From the NCBI GenBank assembly GCA_963817525.1, contig CAWFOU010000001.1:864001-928000 (forward strand): 64,000 nucleotides of DNA, in the 5' to 3' direction. Made by a program: the position numbers and the translations under genes. The notes beneath the pieces were generated by a model, which saw nothing but the letters and a program-made list of their open reading frames with translations, was not told where the DNA came from and searched no databases. Of this stretch, positions 61,561-64,000 are shown one piece after another (within the stretch, counting starts at the first letter, position 1; every line of letters starts with the position of its first letter). The stretch comes from an uncultured archaeon (GTDB lineage Archaea > Thermoproteota > Nitrososphaeria > Nitrososphaerales > Gagatemarchaeaceae).

Positions 61561-62259
61561 GTGGCGGACCCGTTCGTCCTCGTGGACCAGTTCGCGGCGC
61601 AGGGGAGGCTCAAGCCCGCGCTCGTCGCGAAGCTGAAGGCGAGGGCTGGGTACCTCAATGGGGCAGTGGGGCGCGTCGAGAAGGCGACGGGCCTCAGGTA
61701 TCCGCCGTACTACGTGGAGCCCACCCTCCCGCTGGCGGTCACCTCGGTGGAATACGGGAGCGTGGGGGCGTTCTTCGCCCGCGTCATTCCCACGCCCTTC
61801 GAGGGGAGGCTCTCGATAATCGTCCAGTTCACGGCGCCCCTCCTGCTCTTTGGGACCAAGGTGACCGTGGAGGCGGTGGCGGCGCACGAGTTCACCCACT
61901 ACGTCGACCTCGTCAGGAGGCTCAGCACGAAGGACATAATCAGCGAGGAGAGGGTGAGCACTCTCTTCGAGGCGGGGTACGCGGACGAGGAGAGGGTGGT
62001 CAGCCCGGCCAAGGTGTTCGCGAGGGACAAGCCCCTTGCGAAACTGGTGGAGAAGAAGTTCACCCCCAACCTCACCGACCCGAAGCTCGACGACAAGGTG
62101 AGCAAGGGGTGGGTAGCGAAGGGGCTCCCCACGAGGAGGGTGGCCACCGAGGAGAACAACGTGAGGCTTGACATGACGGTCATCGCGAGGACGCAGTTCG
62201 ACCCGTCCCTCCTGGACAGGCTGAGGGCGATGCAGGCGCCAAAGGCTGCCCGCAAGTGA
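61561..62259 (+). CDS. conserved hypothetical protein with HExxH zincin-like motif
   Basis: VAAHEFTHYV motif; TTTTATA about 27 nt upstream of GTG 61561. Confidence 0.7.
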   Translation: MADPFVLVDQFAAQGRLKPALVAKLKARAGYLNGAVGRVEKATGLRYPPYYVEPTLPLAVTSVEYGSVGAFFARVIPTPFEGRLSIIVQFTAPLLLFGTKVTVEAVAAHEFTHYVDLVRRLSTKDIISEERVSTLFEAGYADEERVVSPAKVFARDKPLAKLVEKKFTPNLTDPKLDDKVSKGWVAKGLPTRRVATEENNVRLDMTVIARTQFDPSLLDRLRAMQAPKAARK

Positions 62260-62275
62260 GGTTGGGGCTGGGCAG

Positions 62276-63940
62276 TTGGACTTGCAGCGGCTGAGCGCGG
62301 ACGAGAGGAGGCAGCTCCTCGAGGTGGCGGACGACGTGGTGGGGGAGTCTGGCAAGGCCCTCGCCGTCGCCGCATACGGGTCGAAGGTCGCGGGGTACGC
62401 GAGGCCCGACTCGGACTATGACCTCATAGTCGTGGCAAAGAAGTTCAGGGGGAGGATCAAGTATCGATACGTCCACTCGCCGGTCACTGCGGCGGCCCTG
62501 GTGGTCGAGGAGGAGCTCCTCGACAGGGACGCGGTCAAGGCCTATCTGGGGGAGTTCGTCTCCGGGAGGCTCCTCAACGTCTACGAGCCCCTGCTAAACG
62601 GGGACATGATAAGAAAGGCCGAGGTCGAGTCCAAGAAGAGGGTGCTCGCGGAGGAGATCCTCGAGATAGAGTCGCTCTACGGGGAGTTCTCTCAGGACCT
62701 TGTTATCCCGCTCGAGTACTTCCTCTTCAACAAGCTCCACAAGAGGGCGATGGTCTACCCGCCGGCCCTCTACAGCTACATCAAGACCTACACGTGCCCG
62801 TCGGGGGAGGAGAACAAGGCGTTCACCCTCGAGGGGTTCGCAGAGGCGGCCATCTCACTCCAGTCGAGAGGGATTCTTAGGTTCGAGACCAAGGAGGGCG
62901 CGCCCCAAATCAGGATATCCGGGGAGGGGCTGAAGAGCAGGGCGTTCGCGAGCACGCTCTCCCTTTTCAACCTCACCACGAGGGGGGTGAGGCAGTACGC
63001 GGTCCACGGGTACGCTGGTAGGGTGGGGTTCAACGTCTTCAAGGACGAGGCGCTCTCGAAGGTGAAGAGGATGCAGGAGAAGTACGACCCCCCCATCGAG
63101 CTTGAGGAGCCCAAGCGCCTCATAGGGTTGGAGGAGGGGGTGATGCTCCCCAAGACCGAGCAGATGGTGCAGAGGCTCGCGACCATCTCTGGGCTCACGG
63201 CGTACACGAAGAGGGAGAAGAGCCTCGGGGAGATCTACTCCACGGCGAAGCTCCTCACCCTGAAGGGGGCGAACGGTGGGGAGGCGAAGTTCGTCCTGAA
63301 GTACTTCGCGGACATCCGCTCGATGAAATGGGCGCTCCTCAACGTGTGGTCGCTCTCGCACAAGTTCAGCACGTCGCCCCAGGCGAGGATGCACAGGGAG
63401 TACCACGCATCCGTGGCGCTTAGGTCCAAGGGGGTGGCCACCCCCAGGATAGTCGGGGCGGTCCTAGACGAGAAGGTGCTGGTGAAGGAGTACGTCGAGG
63501 GCGAGAGGTTCTCTGACATGGTTCAGGCGATCCTCACCGGGAGGTCTGAGCAGACGCGGGTTGTGGAGAGGTTCGGAGAGGCGATGGGTGCGGTGCACAA
63601 GGCGGGTTTCTCGCTGGGCGACTCCAAGGCCACCAACGTGATAGTTAGCGGGAAAGGGACGCTCTACTTCACTGACCTCGAGCAGGCGGAGGAGGGTGGC
63701 GATCAGGCGTGGGACGTGGCGGCGTTCATCTACTACCAGGCCAAGCTCTCGCTCAAGGAGGCGGGGACGAGGAAGGTCGCGGACGCCTTCTTCAAGGGAT
63801 ACAGGGAGGAGAACGGCGCGGAGAACATCGCAATGGCGAGGAGCCCGAAATACGTGGCGCCCTTCAGGCCACTCTCGGTTCCGGCCATGCTGAAGGTGGT
63901 GAGGGAGTCTATGGACGCGAACTCCGCCGGGATCGCATGA
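62276..63940 (+). CDS. nucleotidyltransferase / protein-kinase-like (Kdo/WaaP/Bud32-like) fusion
   Basis: YGSKVAGYARPDSDYD Pol-beta NT motif; C-terminal VLKYF, EYVEG, LGDSKATN and FTDLEQ kinase motifs. Confidence 0.8.
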   Translation: MDLQRLSADERRQLLEVADDVVGESGKALAVAAYGSKVAGYARPDSDYDLIVVAKKFRGRIKYRYVHSPVTAAALVVEEELLDRDAVKAYLGEFVSGRLLNVYEPLLNGDMIRKAEVESKKRVLAEEILEIESLYGEFSQDLVIPLEYFLFNKLHKRAMVYPPALYSYIKTYTCPSGEENKAFTLEGFAEAAISLQSRGILRFETKEGAPQIRISGEGLKSRAFASTLSLFNLTTRGVRQYAVHGYAGRVGFNVFKDEALSKVKRMQEKYDPPIELEEPKRLIGLEEGVMLPKTEQMVQRLATISGLTAYTKREKSLGEIYSTAKLLTLKGANGGEAKFVLKYFADIRSMKWALLNVWSLSHKFSTSPQARMHREYHASVALRSKGVATPRIVGAVLDEKVLVKEYVEGERFSDMVQAILTGRSEQTRVVERFGEAMGAVHKAGFSLGDSKATNVIVSGKGTLYFTDLEQAEEGGDQAWDVAAFIYYQAKLSLKEAGTRKVADAFFKGYREENGAENIAMARSPKYVAPFRPLSVPAMLKVVRESMDANSAGIA

Positions 63941-63944
63941 GCGG

Positions 63945-64000
63945 CTAGTTCTTCGACTTGAAGGTCGTGTAGCCGCAGTTGCCACAGGAGAGCCTGTCCT
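63945..64000 (-). CDS. rps27ae: 30S ribosomal protein S27ae, C-terminal end (partial)
   Basis: Minus-strand translation ...DRLSCGNCGYTTFKSKN* matches the S27ae zinc-ribbon tail. Confidence 0.8.
   Translation of the reverse strand, partial: DRLSCGNCGYTTFKSKN

Noticed and set aside
1-64000. CRISPR array, rRNA, transposase or integrase
   Set aside because: No regularly spaced repeats, rRNA signatures, or DDE/tyrosine-recombinase motifs recognised.

Overview
GC-rich archaeal chromosome segment. It most likely comes from a deep-branching Nitrososphaerota/Thaumarchaeota-type lineage; this is inferred from the SlaA/SlaB-like S-layer pair, rps27ae, archaeal TATA-box promoters and frequent TTG/GTG starts. 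Most of the window (about 1.6-59 kb) is a cell-envelope locus: S-layer genes plus a large glycosylation cluster (GT4/GT2, four probable GT-C membrane enzymes, two flippases, gmd/perosamine synthase, Ugd, epimerases, six methyltransferases, AsnB-like amidotransferase, FemAB/GNAT, AlkP), with a lower-GC core at about 26.7-43.5 kb, VapBC modules and a MacB-type ABC exporter. Many genes carry single-base frameshifts that look like uncorrected long-read indels. The standout feature is a 273-aa intein (16593-17411) in the conserved EAMA/SG motif of a GT4 glycosyltransferase. The intein's own frame has no endonuclease. Instead, an apparently intact I-CreI-like single-motif LAGLIDADG homing endonuclease (16849-17367) is overprinted in the +1 frame while the intein frame stays stop-free, giving a dual-coding intein/homing-endonuclease element. 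No CRISPR array, tRNA, rRNA or IS element was recognised.
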